A DNA stretch of 64,000 nt. It comes from an uncultured delta proteobacterium (GTDB lineage: Bacteria; Desulfobacterota; Binatia; UBA9968). The stretch spans positions 128,001 through 192,000 of the forward strand of contig CAWDPO010000040.1 in the NCBI GenBank assembly GCA_963804165.1, in the 5' to 3' direction. The position numbers and the translations under genes were made by a program. A model generated the notes under the pieces. It saw only the letters and a list, made by a program, of their open reading frames with translations, was not told the origin of the DNA and did not search any database. This document shows positions 49,982-59,456 of the stretch, piece by piece; the first letter of the stretch is position 1; each line of letters begins with the position of its first letter.

Positions 49982-52173
49982 ACGACACCGATAATAATCC
50001 GACCCCGATGACCACCACGGGAGCCAGTCACGCCTGGAACGGCATGCGCGACCGGGCGAAGCTCACCGGCAAAAATACGCGACGACCGGCGCATCCGGAT
50101 CACGTGGGGTCGACGCGAACATCCCTCGCTACCCTCGACGCGTTTCAGTCTTTGAGTCCTGGTGAAATTCGCGACGCGCGGGTACTCTCGATGCCGCAGA
50201 TCCGGCGTACCTCCATCGCGCCTAGTGAGATCGATCGTCGTCCCCTGCGCCGCTCTGTGGCGCAACTTTGCAACGACGAAGCGCGGCGCAGCCGAGCTTG
50301 AGACGCAAACCGACAGTTACGACGGCAGCACAGCTGAAACCGCCTGGCGCAAAGTGGCGAAGCGCCGCCGGATTTTCTTGGCGCTGCTGGTCGTGGCGCA
50401 GACCGGACTTGCCAGCTGGTCACTGGCGCGCACCTTTTCCACGGCGCAGCTGAGCTACCTCGAAGCCGCCGTGGTGGCGATCTTTGCTGTGTTGTTTTCG
50501 TGGATCTCGTTTTCGTTTTTGACCAATGTCGCCGGCTTTTGGACGCTTTGGCGCAAGCAGAAGATCTACTCGCTGCCGGCGATTAGCGACGAAGCCGCGC
50601 GGCAGCCGCTGGGCTCTCGCACTGCGGTGTTGATGCCGATCTGTAATGAAGAAGTGTCGCGTTGTTTTGCCGGGATTGCAGCGATCTATCAATCGCTGGC
50701 GGACACCGGCCAGCTGGAGAAATTCGACTTCTACGTCCTCAGCGATACTGCCGATGCCGCCCGCCAATTCGAAGAGCAGATTTCATGGGAAAGAACCTGC
50801 CGCGCGCTAAACGGCTTTGAGCGGATTTTTTACCGCCACCGGCGCAACAACATCAAGCGCAAGAGCGGTAATATCGCCGACTTTTTACGGCGCTGGTCAC
50901 GCAACTACGACTTCATGATCGTATTGGACGCGGACAGTCTGATGTCCGGCGAAGTCATGGTGCGTCTGGCGCGGACAATGGAGCTTTCGCCTCAAGCAGG
51001 AATCATTCAGACCGCACCCATCATCGTCAACCGCGAATCGCTATTCGCGCGGGTGCAGCAGTTCGCCAGCCGGGTCTATGGACCGTTGTTCAGCGCCAGC
51101 CTGGCTTTTTGGCAGCTTGGCGAGAGTTATTATTGGGGCCACAACGCGATCATTCGCATCGCGCCCTTTGTCAAGCACTGCGGTCTGGCGCGGTTGCCGG
51201 GGGAGCCGCCTTTAGGCGGAGAAGTTCTCAGCCATGATTTTGTCGAAGCCGCGCTGATGGGGCGCACCGGACTGGAAGTGTGGCTGGTGCACGATCTCAC
51301 GGGCAGCTACGAGGAGTCACCGCCGAATATATTGGACGAGCTCAAGCGCGACCGGCGCTGGTGTCAGGGCAATCTGCAGCATCTGCGCTTGCTTTTCGGC
51401 GACGGCATCCGTTTCGGCCATCGGGCGATCATGGCCATGGGTGTGATGGCCTACGCGCCGCGTTCCTGTGGGCGATATTCCTGGTTCTCAGCAGCGCGGA
51501 GGTCGTCATGCAGACTTTGACGCCACCGGCTTATTTTCCTTCAGGGCCAAGCTTGTTTCCGCGCTGGCCGATCTGGCGTCCGGAGCTGACGATCGCGCTC
51601 TTGACGACCACGGGTGTGCTTTTGGTTCTGCCTAAATTTCTCAGCTTTGCTCTTATCCTCAGGAATCGCCAGGCGGCCGGTTTCGGTGGCGCATTGCGAT
51701 TGGCCGCCGGCATCGTCCTGGAAATCATTTTTTCGACGCTCGTGGCGCCGTTGCGCATGTGGTTTCACAGCAAATTTGTTTTGCTGACGTTGTTGGGCCG
51801 ACAAATAAAGTGGAGCTCGCAGCGACGCAACGACAGCGAGACGGACTGGGGCGAGGCCGTTCGCCAGCATGGTATCTCATCACTCATCGCGCTGATCTGG
51901 ATGGCCGGCGCGCTTTATTGGAATACCACATTGGCGTGGTGGCTGTTACCGATATCCATTTCCCTGCTGCTGGCGGTACCGCTCTCGGTGTATTCGAGTC
52001 GCGTCGGGCTCGGCCGCGCCATTAAACGCTGGCACCTGTTCGGTATCCCCGAAGAAAGGTGTCCACCACCGGTGGTTCAGGGTTTGGAGAAAATGCTGGC
52101 GAAAGACAACCTGGAGACACAACGTCGGCTGCAGAGGCCCGCTGAGCTTGGGCTAACGATGGTCGAACGATAA
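49978..52173 (+). pseudogene. opgH: Glucan biosynthesis glucosyltransferase H split by two frameshifts (about 50253 and 51456)
   Basis: ATGA overlap with the opgG stop; N-part SMPQIRRTSIAP; middle MPICNE, KSGNIADF, LDADS, LSHDFVEA, RDRRWCQGN; C-part LPKFLS, APLRMWFHS, W.SQRRND. Confidence 0.88.
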
Positions 52174-52324
52174 ATCAAACGGAACGCTGATGATTTTGGT
52201 CGTGAGTTTTGGCCAAATCGACAGGTATTAGTTAACTAACTTGCTTCCGCCACGAACAATGAATATCCGATTCAATCGGCTGCGGAAATGATGAAGAATC
52301 CAAGTCGAACAGAAAGATCAGGAC

Positions 52325-52340
52325 GGGCACGTAACTTGCG
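52325..52340 (+). promoter_or_regulatory. Putative sigma54 promoter
   Basis: GGGCAC-GTAAC-TTGCG, about 53 nt upstream of the DUF883 gene. Confidence 0.55.
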
Positions 52341-52392
52341 TTTAAGTAAGGATACGAGCAAAAACAGAAAATCTTGAACAAGGGGAAAATCT

Positions 52393-52722
52393 ATGAGCAG
52401 GGCAGAAATCGCGCGTGAAAGACTGTTTGGCAATCTGACGGCGCTGATGGAAGACGTCGAAGAGCTGGTGAAAGCGACGGCGGAACAAACCGACGACGGT
52501 GTGTCATCGTTGCGCGAGCGTGTTTTCCGCACATTGGAGTCGGCTAAAGGCACACTGTCGCAAGGTAAGAACATGTTAAATACCTCGAGGCAGGGTGCCG
52601 AGGCGGCGATTTCCTACGCCCGAGACAATCCTTGGGCTATGGCGGGCGTGGCGGTGGGTGCCACCATGGCGCTCGCGTGTCTAATTTGGAGTACGTGCAC
52701 GCGACAGGACGGAGATCGCTAA
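52393..52722 (+). CDS. DUF883 (ElaB/YqjD) family tail-anchored protein
   Basis: DVEELVKATA, YARDNPWAMAGVA with C-terminal TM. Confidence 0.85.
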   Translation: MSRAEIARERLFGNLTALMEDVEELVKATAEQTDDGVSSLRERVFRTLESAKGTLSQGKNMLNTSRQGAEAAISYARDNPWAMAGVAVGATMALACLIWSTCTRQDGDR

Positions 52723-52764
52723 CTTCGGTGAAATCGTAGTTCCGTTAAAAAGGAGGATACACTC

Positions 52765-53076
52765 GTGTTTTTATCACGACTGACGTTTCATACATTGCCG
52801 GGCAAGACGGACGCCGTGGAAAACAAACTCATGACGTTGGCGCGTTGGGTGGATCAAGCGGGCGGCGCGAATCCAAGAGTTATGCGAACTCATTACAGTT
52901 CCCTCGGGGCTCCGGATTTGCTCTTCGAGCAGGAAGTGCAGGATCCCGGCGCGCTCGAGCAGCAGATCAAAACCGTCACGGCGAATAAAGAATTTCACGA
53001 ATGGGCGCAGCAGGTTGCGCCGCTCTTGGAACGTTCGTCCAAGCGCGAGCTTTTTAAGATCATCGACTCGCATTGA
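52765..53076 (+). CDS. Hypothetical protein, possible dimeric alpha/beta barrel
   Basis: SD aaggagg + GTG; 103 aa. Confidence 0.65.
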   Translation: MFLSRLTFHTLPGKTDAVENKLMTLARWVDQAGGANPRVMRTHYSSLGAPDLLFEQEVQDPGALEQQIKTVTANKEFHEWAQQVAPLLERSSKRELFKIIDSH

Positions 53077-53205
53077 TCCGGGCGCAGACGATTATCGTAG
53101 CGGGCCGGCAGGAAATTCGGGGACCGATTCGCTTGCGGGCGTAATCGGAAACAAGCGACGAACCCCGCTCCGCTCCGCAAAAACGACTTATCTTTGGAGG
53201 AGATC

Positions 53206-53406
53206 ATGCCAAGCGATGAAACACGCCGGCTGCTGAAACTTTTCGGTGTCGCCGTGACGGCTTTCGAAGATGCGGTCGAACAGGGCGCGTCGGCGGAAGA
53301 AGTCGCCCGAGCGGAGGCCGAAGTTGATATTCGTCTTCAAGAGATCGCTGGATTGATCGATCGATGGCGAGCGACTATGCCTCGGCGCGACGTGGCTTCT
53401 CATTAG
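53206..53406 (+). CDS. Small hypothetical helical protein
   Basis: SD ggagg; MPSDETRRLLKLFGVAVT. Confidence 0.6.
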   Translation: MPSDETRRLLKLFGVAVTAFEDAVEQGASAEEVARAEAEVDIRLQEIAGLIDRWRATMPRRDVASH

Positions 53407-53551
53407 CGCTGGCGGCATGATCCGGCGGAGGCCGCTATCGACCCGTCTCCGAGAGTTTCGAGCGCATATGCGCCATTCTAATACCTAACGCAATGTACCG
53501 CTCGGGCATTTGGAAAATCCTTCCGGGCGTCGATGCAACTCACCCGATTTG

Positions 53552-54040
53552 CTAAGTCTTGGCACTGCGATTCTTCCGCGGCTCGATTTCTTCGGCGGCG
53601 GAATTTGGATCGCTTGGCCTGATGTAGTGTAGGGAAATGACTAACGCCACGATCAGCACCGTGAGCAGCGCCAGCTCCAGCATGGCGTTGTGAAAAACTG
53701 TTTGGTTTTCTTTCACCATCTTGGGCAATTCCGCCGTTATCACGAGAATGCGTCTGGTTACGGCGATGAGCCCGACAACCAGGAACGGCCCGGGTTGTAG
53801 AATATGTTGGCGAAACGAGACTTGGACGGTATACAAAACTTCGACGAAAATAATGATCACGAGAATGCGATCGAGCAGCTGTACGATGTTGTCCGATAAA
53901 ACTCCCGCCAAAAGATACTGAAAGAAGTAGACGATCTCCGAGATCAGCAGAGCGGCGGCAACGCCGGCTAGAAGCACGCCGAGGCCGACATAAATGGTAT
54001 CCTCGATTCCGGTGAAACTTTGCGATAACCAGCGGCGCAT
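53552..54040 (-). CDS. Phosphate-starvation-inducible PsiE family membrane protein
   Basis: Four TM; LLDRIL..IFVEVLYTV, PFLVVGLIAVTRRILV. Confidence 0.8.
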   Translation of the reverse strand: MRRWLSQSFTGIEDTIYVGLGVLLAGVAAALLISEIVYFFQYLLAGVLSDNIVQLLDRILVIIIFVEVLYTVQVSFRQHILQPGPFLVVGLIAVTRRILVITAELPKMVKENQTVFHNAMLELALLTVLIVALVISLHYIRPSDPNSAAEEIEPRKNRSAKT

Positions 54041-54118
54041 GTCGAGTTTGTGTGCGATGGTGTTTAGCCTTTTGCTTCGAAATTGTCAGACGACAAATTT
54101 GGCTGCAGGCAGAAACGA

Positions 54119-54134
54119 CGCAAGGTATGTGCCA
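54119..54134 (-). promoter_or_regulatory. Putative sigma54 promoter (PsiE-like gene)
   Basis: Reverse strand TGGCAC-ATACC-TTGCG. Confidence 0.65.
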
Positions 54135-54249
54135 AGTCGTGTGTCGATTACGATTGACTATCTGCAGTGAGTTTGGAAACTTCTCAATTCTGGAGCAGGC
54201 CGCGCCTCGAGTTGTTCCATTTTTGAAACACCCTCCAGGAGTTGGCCGC

Positions 54250-54265
54250 TGGTATCATCCTTGCA
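54250..54265 (+). promoter_or_regulatory. Putative sigma54 promoter (SOD)
   Basis: TGGTAT-CATCC-TTGCA; TGTC-N10-GACT at 54142-54159 between the divergent promoters. Confidence 0.6.
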
Positions 54266-54300
54266 CTAACTAATAAACATCAATCATCGAAAGGAGCGTG

Positions 54301-54924
54301 ATGATGGCGCAATCACCTTACAAAGCGAAACAGTTTAAACTTGCAGGTTTGCAAGGAATCTCAGACGAGACCCTCCAGATGCATTTTGGTCTCTACGAGG
54401 GCTACGTAAAGAATACCAATTTGCTGATGGAGCAAATATTGGCGATCACTCGAAAGAAACAAGCATCCGGGCAGGATCCAGCTTACGCGGAATTGACTCG
54501 GCGCTTGGGTTTCGAGTTTGGTGGAATGGTATTGCACGAATACTACTTCGAAAATTTAGCGGCGAAAGGAAAGGGCAGTCCGTCGGCCGACTTCAAGCGC
54601 GCTCTCGAGCACAGCTTTGATGGTTTTGAAAATTGGCAGCGCGCCTTTGCCGCCGTCGGTGAAATGCGCGGCGTCGGTTGGGCAATATTATATCAAGACC
54701 CGGTCACCGAGCGGCTTTCTAATCACTGGATCGCTTTACATCAGGACGGAGTTCCATCCGGATTTAAACCGATCTTAGTCATGGATGTATGGGAACACGC
54801 TTTTCTTCTCGACTATAAACCCGCAGAGCGGGGAAAGTATATCGAAGCGTTTTTCCAAAACGTCGATTGGGAAGCGGTGCAACGTCGATTGGCGACTCCG
54901 GCGGCCGTCCGCGCGGTTGCATAG
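54301..54924 (+). CDS. Fe/Mn superoxide dismutase family protein (atypical subfamily)
   Basis: MHFGLYEGYV, LHEYYF, GVGW, MDVWEHAF. Confidence 0.9.
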   Translation: MMAQSPYKAKQFKLAGLQGISDETLQMHFGLYEGYVKNTNLLMEQILAITRKKQASGQDPAYAELTRRLGFEFGGMVLHEYYFENLAAKGKGSPSADFKRALEHSFDGFENWQRAFAAVGEMRGVGWAILYQDPVTERLSNHWIALHQDGVPSGFKPILVMDVWEHAFLLDYKPAERGKYIEAFFQNVDWEAVQRRLATPAAVRAVA

Positions 54925-55252
54925 TTGCTGAAAACCCGCCACCGGTCGTGACATCGGTTATGGCCGGTGGCGTTTCTCGCGTTGTATCACGCGCGGTCGG
55001 ACCCGCTGAAAAAAGCGTGGCAACGGGGTTCATCTTACTTAACGGATGGTTCGCTTCACTCGCAAGCAAGTCTGAGCTCCGGTTAGCTGCACCAGCGCAA
55101 AGACGCTTTTCCTGCTTCTCTAATTCTAGTAAATGGTTAGCTCGCGCCGATTCTGGCCCGACGCAAGGGCTGAGTCATCGGTCCTCCCTTACCCAAATTC
55201 ATTTTGACTGCATAGTCCTCAGATCGATTGTCGTCTAGAGGACTGTCTTCGA

Positions 55253-55281
55253 TATCATAGGTGACTATCATAGGTGACTAT
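55253..55281. repeat. 13-bp tandem duplication TATCATAGGTGAC x2
   Basis: Read directly from the sequence. Confidence 0.8.
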
Positions 55282-55478
55282 ATCGTCTGACCGTAAGGAT
55301 ATTCCCTTCTTATGCCAAAGAGCGATGATTTCGACAGCTTCTGCAAACCCACCTTGATTTGGGCTCGGTGGTGTACCAAGATTGAGACTAGGGGAATAGT
55401 TAATTTCTTGAGACTCGTAGCGGTCTCGACTTAAGGGCACAATCTTCTTTCGAAATCTTCACTTGGAGCCGTGCTGCT

Positions 55479-57119
55479 GTGGAACGAGAAGTATCATCGA
55501 TTCCGACCCCGAAAACGGTCACTCCGCCGCCGCTCGATGAGCGTTTCCTGGGCGTTCTTTATAAGGGACTCATCGAAGCTGTAGTGGTCGTCGAGGCTAG
55601 TTCGCGCTCCGTGGTGTATTGGAACGAGGTTTCCGAAGCGCTGTTTAAGTTTCCCCAAAAAGAAATCCTTCATCAGTCAATGGAGCGATTATTTTCAGAT
55701 TCCGCGACGGCCAAGCGAAGCTTCACTGCCGCGTTAGCGGAAATCGAGGAAAAAGGCTTTTGGCGCGGCGAATGCGAATACCGCCGCCGGGATGGTTCGA
55801 CATTCATCGCGGCGACGACTCAATCGCTGCTCAACGCGGATGGCGGTGTTTATGTCGTGGTGACCGTGCGCGACATCAGCGAAGGCAAGGAACGCGATCA
55901 AATCATTCATTGGTTGAATCAACAATTGGCCCGGCGCTTTAATGAACGTGCCTCTGAATTGATTGCCAAAGGGAATGAACTCGCAAAGGCTGAAAGCCAG
56001 CGCCGGCATACGGAGCGGTTGCTGGAAATATTGATGCGCAATTTGACCAATAACGCGATACTTTTTCTCAGCACGGCGGGTTGCATTAACCACTCCAATA
56101 GCGGAACGGAGCAGCTGTTGGGTTATGCCGCAGAGGAGCTTGAGGGAATGCACCTGTCAAAGCTCTTCAAGACCACTTCGGCTAATAATGATGGGGACAA
56201 GTGGGTGACAATATTTGCCCAGGCAGCGCGACAAAACGGTGTGAGAAATTATGACCGGTTGCTGCGGAAAGATGGCTCGCATTTTTACGTGCGATTGGAA
56301 GTTCTGCCGTTGCGCGGGGAGGCCGATCTCGTCGACGGCTATTTAGTGCTCCTGCGCGATGATACCGAGCAAAGGAAAATACGCGAACAACTGAGAGAAA
56401 AGGAGCACCTGGCGACCATCGGAACGGCCACCGCCATGCTGGCTCATGAGATTAGGAACCCTCTCAACGGAATGTCGACGTCGGTGCAATACCTCGAACG
56501 GTCGTTGCACAATAGCTTCGAACCCACCAAAGAGATCGTTTTCGGCACGGTTCAAGACCTCAAAAATGAAATCGCCAGGCTGCAAACGCTGCTCGGTGAC
56601 TTTCACGTCATCTCACATCCACAACAGGTTATCACTCGCTCGGTAGATCTAGCCGAAGTTATCCGCGGTCTGATATCTCTGGTTATGCCGGAGTCTCTCA
56701 AAGAGAAAATAACAATCATCGAACAGCTCGACTCTGACCTGCCCTCGATCCGGGGCGACCCCGACAAACTCAAGCAAGTATTTCTCAATCTGATCAAGAA
56801 TGCCTTTGAAGCCATGACCCATGGCGGAACGTTGACGGCGAAGGTGTATGCGCGGGGCGACGGTGTCTGTGTCGAAATAACGGATACCGGGGTGGGAATT
56901 CCGGATGGTCTCGACGTATTTGATTTGTTTCGTTCGACCAAGGCGCACGGAACCGGTTTAGGTCTTCCGATCGCTCGGCAGATCGTTTTGGCGCACAATG
57001 GTTTCATCGATTACACGAGCCAGTTGGGGGTGGCGACCACATTCCGCGTGTTCCTGCCGATCAGCGCGGCGACCGCAATGACTTCGGAAGGCGCGGCCTC
57101 TCGATTTGAAGAACGCTAA
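55479..57119 (+). CDS. PAS-PAS histidine kinase
   Basis: Two PAS domains (RRRDGS, RKDGS), AHEIRNPL, NAFEAM, GTGLGL. Confidence 0.92.
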   Translation: MEREVSSIPTPKTVTPPPLDERFLGVLYKGLIEAVVVVEASSRSVVYWNEVSEALFKFPQKEILHQSMERLFSDSATAKRSFTAALAEIEEKGFWRGECEYRRRDGSTFIAATTQSLLNADGGVYVVVTVRDISEGKERDQIIHWLNQQLARRFNERASELIAKGNELAKAESQRRHTERLLEILMRNLTNNAILFLSTAGCINHSNSGTEQLLGYAAEELEGMHLSKLFKTTSANNDGDKWVTIFAQAARQNGVRNYDRLLRKDGSHFYVRLEVLPLRGEADLVDGYLVLLRDDTEQRKIREQLREKEHLATIGTATAMLAHEIRNPLNGMSTSVQYLERSLHNSFEPTKEIVFGTVQDLKNEIARLQTLLGDFHVISHPQQVITRSVDLAEVIRGLISLVMPESLKEKITIIEQLDSDLPSIRGDPDKLKQVFLNLIKNAFEAMTHGGTLTAKVYARGDGVCVEITDTGVGIPDGLDVFDLFRSTKAHGTGLGLPIARQIVLAHNGFIDYTSQLGVATTFRVFLPISAATAMTSEGAASRFEER

Positions 57120-57300
57120 GCTGCGTGATTCTCCCTCCGGCCACGCAGGGAAGATTTTCGTACGACATCCTCCTCGAGGTGGCCTTGTAGTGCAAATCGG
57201 CTTTCGCCGCAAGACGAAAACGCCATTTTCAATCTCGTGCCAGCAGGAAATGGCATCTCGCTCGATTTTGTAACGGTAATAGAACGAATTCTTCAGCGCG

Positions 57301-57318
57301 TGTCGCAATAAGGGGACA
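57301..57318. promoter_or_regulatory. Candidate activator binding site TGTC-N10-GACA (exact)
   Basis: tgtcgcaataaggggaca upstream of the ahpC sigma54 motif. Confidence 0.4.
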
Positions 57319-57350
57319 ATTCACGAACAAAAATGCAAGAAATTTTACGT

Positions 57351-57366
57351 TGGTATGAGCATTGCT
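57351..57366 (+). promoter_or_regulatory. Putative sigma54 promoter (ahpC)
   Basis: TGGTAT-GAGCA-TTGCT. Confidence 0.6.
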
Positions 57367-57444
57367 GAATTATTTTACTATTATTCAACCAACGTTTCGC
57401 AGAAACAGGCAATCGAATCGAGAAACCGAGGGGAGAAGACGAAA

Positions 57445-58008
57445 ATGGTACAGGTGGGGCATAAGATCAGTGATTTCGAGTGCGATGCGTGTCAAGGCGA
57501 CGAGATCAAGAAACTACGCCTGTCATTCTATGAAGGCAAATGGGTGGTTCTTTTGTTCTATCCAGCGGATTTTACTTTCATCTGTCCAACCGAATTGGAA
57601 GACGCCGCAGAGCACTACGAAGAGTTCAAAAAGCTCGGCGCGGAAATACTCAGCGTCAGCACGGACACCGCGTTTGTCCACAAAGCATGGCACGATCAAT
57701 CGCCATCGATCAAGAAAATTCAGTATCCCATGATTGCGGACCCGACGGGAAAGTTGTGTCGCTATTTTGGCACATACATCGAGGAGTCCGGCCTATCTCT
57801 GCGGGCAAGTTTTATCATTGACCCCGATGGTGTTCTCAGGGCTTGCGAATTTCATGACAACAGCATCGGACGCAGCGCCGACGAGATTCTGCGCAAACTT
57901 CAGGCCGCGATCTTCGTACGCGGACACGAAGGAGAAGTGTGCCCGGCAAATTGGCGTCCAGGAAAAAAGACCTTGCGGACGGGAATCGACCTGGTGGGGA
58001 AAATTTAG
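57445..58008 (+). CDS. ahpC: 2-Cys peroxiredoxin AhpC
   Basis: FYPADFTFICPTE, GEVCPANW; SD ggggag before ATG 57445. Confidence 0.93.
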   Translation: MVQVGHKISDFECDACQGDEIKKLRLSFYEGKWVVLLFYPADFTFICPTELEDAAEHYEEFKKLGAEILSVSTDTAFVHKAWHDQSPSIKKIQYPMIADPTGKLCRYFGTYIEESGLSLRASFIIDPDGVLRACEFHDNSIGRSADEILRKLQAAIFVRGHEGEVCPANWRPGKKTLRTGIDLVGKI

Positions 58009-58071
58009 AGTGCGCTGGCTTGCGACGGGAGCCAGCGACGGAATTGAACAAAATGGCCCGGAAGGAAAGCG

Positions 58072-58797
58072 GTGAAACAAATGTTTGAAGAAAAAGTAGA
58101 GCGCGGAGACTTGGAAAAGATGCCGTCCGAATATCGGGATCTCTTGGAGCGGGTTCTTACGATCCAGGCCGATTGCGAGATCGGCGGGCCGCATCTTTAC
58201 GTAAAGGACATACTGCTGACAGCGCCGAGCAAAGTAAATCAGTTGATCGTTGCGCGGACCGCCGCCGAAGAAATGGATCATTACCGGAAATTTGCCCGGC
58301 TCGCCGGCGAAATGGGCACGGACACTTCGTTTCTGTTGAGTGTTCCGAACCAGCAACGCTACCTGGAAGCGTTTCGCGGCGTGATCAAGACGTGGGAAGA
58401 TTTTTCGGTGTTTGGTTTTCTAATCGATCGGGTCGGCCGCTACCAGCTCGAAGAGTTCCTAGACTGCAGCTATTTGCCGCTACAGCGAATTTTGCCGGAG
58501 ATCTTGAAGGAAGAGATGGGACATATCGGTTTCGGTACGAATCAGACCGGTGAAATCGCTGCTAAAGGCGACGAGTCGCGACAGCGAGTGCAGCAGAGTG
58601 TCGATTTCTGGTACACAAAAGCCTTGGATATGTTTGGACGGACCGACTCGGAACGATCCAATCGGTTTTGTCATTGGGGCCTGAAGCGGCGCAGCAATAG
58701 CCAAGCACGATGGGAATTCATTCGGGAAGTGGATCCACTAATACTTGGCATGGGTCTAACGGTTCCTGACCCGGTCAGCGGGCGAAAATTTCTCTAG
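58072..58797 (+). CDS. PaaA/PaaC-like ferritin-fold di-iron protein
   Basis: QADCE, EEMDH, SYLPL, KEEMGH, ALDMFG, WGLKRRSN resemble PaaA. Confidence 0.78.
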   Translation: MKQMFEEKVERGDLEKMPSEYRDLLERVLTIQADCEIGGPHLYVKDILLTAPSKVNQLIVARTAAEEMDHYRKFARLAGEMGTDTSFLLSVPNQQRYLEAFRGVIKTWEDFSVFGFLIDRVGRYQLEEFLDCSYLPLQRILPEILKEEMGHIGFGTNQTGEIAAKGDESRQRVQQSVDFWYTKALDMFGRTDSERSNRFCHWGLKRRSNSQARWEFIREVDPLILGMGLTVPDPVSGRKFL

Positions 58798-58852
58798 ATC
58801 GGCGTGCTTCGCGTCTGTCCATTCGAAACCCCTTCGACGCGTACTAAGGAAA

Positions 58853-58889
58853 GACCGTTCGTGGCGAAGCTTGCGAACCATGAACGGTC
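58853..58889. repeat. REP-like palindrome / possible bidirectional terminator
   Basis: gaccgttcgtgg...ccatgaacggtc stem between convergent genes. Confidence 0.55.
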
Positions 58890-58915
58890 CACTAGCCTAT
58901 TTGATTCCAGACTTC

Positions 58916-59353
58916 TTATGGCTTGAGATCGATTAGTGCCAGGCCGGTTTCTTCATCCGTCTTGCGACATAAATGGCGTGGCGATTCGGACAAGACGACC
59001 TCGAGCGTCGGCCAAACATGCGCCGCGAGGATGTGGCCGCCGTGGGCCGTTCCGTCCGACCTACCGACGACGACGTGGGCATGAACATTCGGCGTGCCGT
59101 CTTTGAGCGCGATATCGCCGACAAGGGAGAGCACCTCCACTTGCTCCTCGATGGGGATTTTCTTGTAGTCTTTTTTCTGCCGATCAAAATAGCCGAGGGT
59201 CACGTCGCGAAATGCGCCGATGGCGGTAAAATGACTGCCGGCAAGTTTGCTATTCTTCGCGAAGTTGGTGAGCTCGCTCATAAACTCATCACCCTTTTCA
59301 AATACCAAAACGAACGTGTTCTCTTTGTTTGAGCCTAGCTTTTCAGATTTCAT
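58916..59353 (-). CDS. PPC domain (DUF296) protein
   Basis: AIGA, EVLSLVG, HAHVVVG, GGH, PTLEV. Confidence 0.9.
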   Translation of the reverse strand: MKSEKLGSNKENTFVLVFEKGDEFMSELTNFAKNSKLAGSHFTAIGAFRDVTLGYFDRQKKDYKKIPIEEQVEVLSLVGDIALKDGTPNVHAHVVVGRSDGTAHGGHILAAHVWPTLEVVLSESPRHLCRKTDEETGLALIDLKP

Positions 59354-59440
59354 AAACACCTTCCATTATTGCGCCCCGGTGTCTGCCTTAGCTTTCAACC
59401 TTTGTGAATGTGAAAAAAGTTACCGTCGTTTAGTAAATCG

Positions 59441-59456
59441 AGCAATCGACGTGCCA
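59441..59456 (-). promoter_or_regulatory. Consensus sigma54 promoter
   Basis: Reverse strand TGGCAC-GTCGA-TTGCT. Confidence 0.75.
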
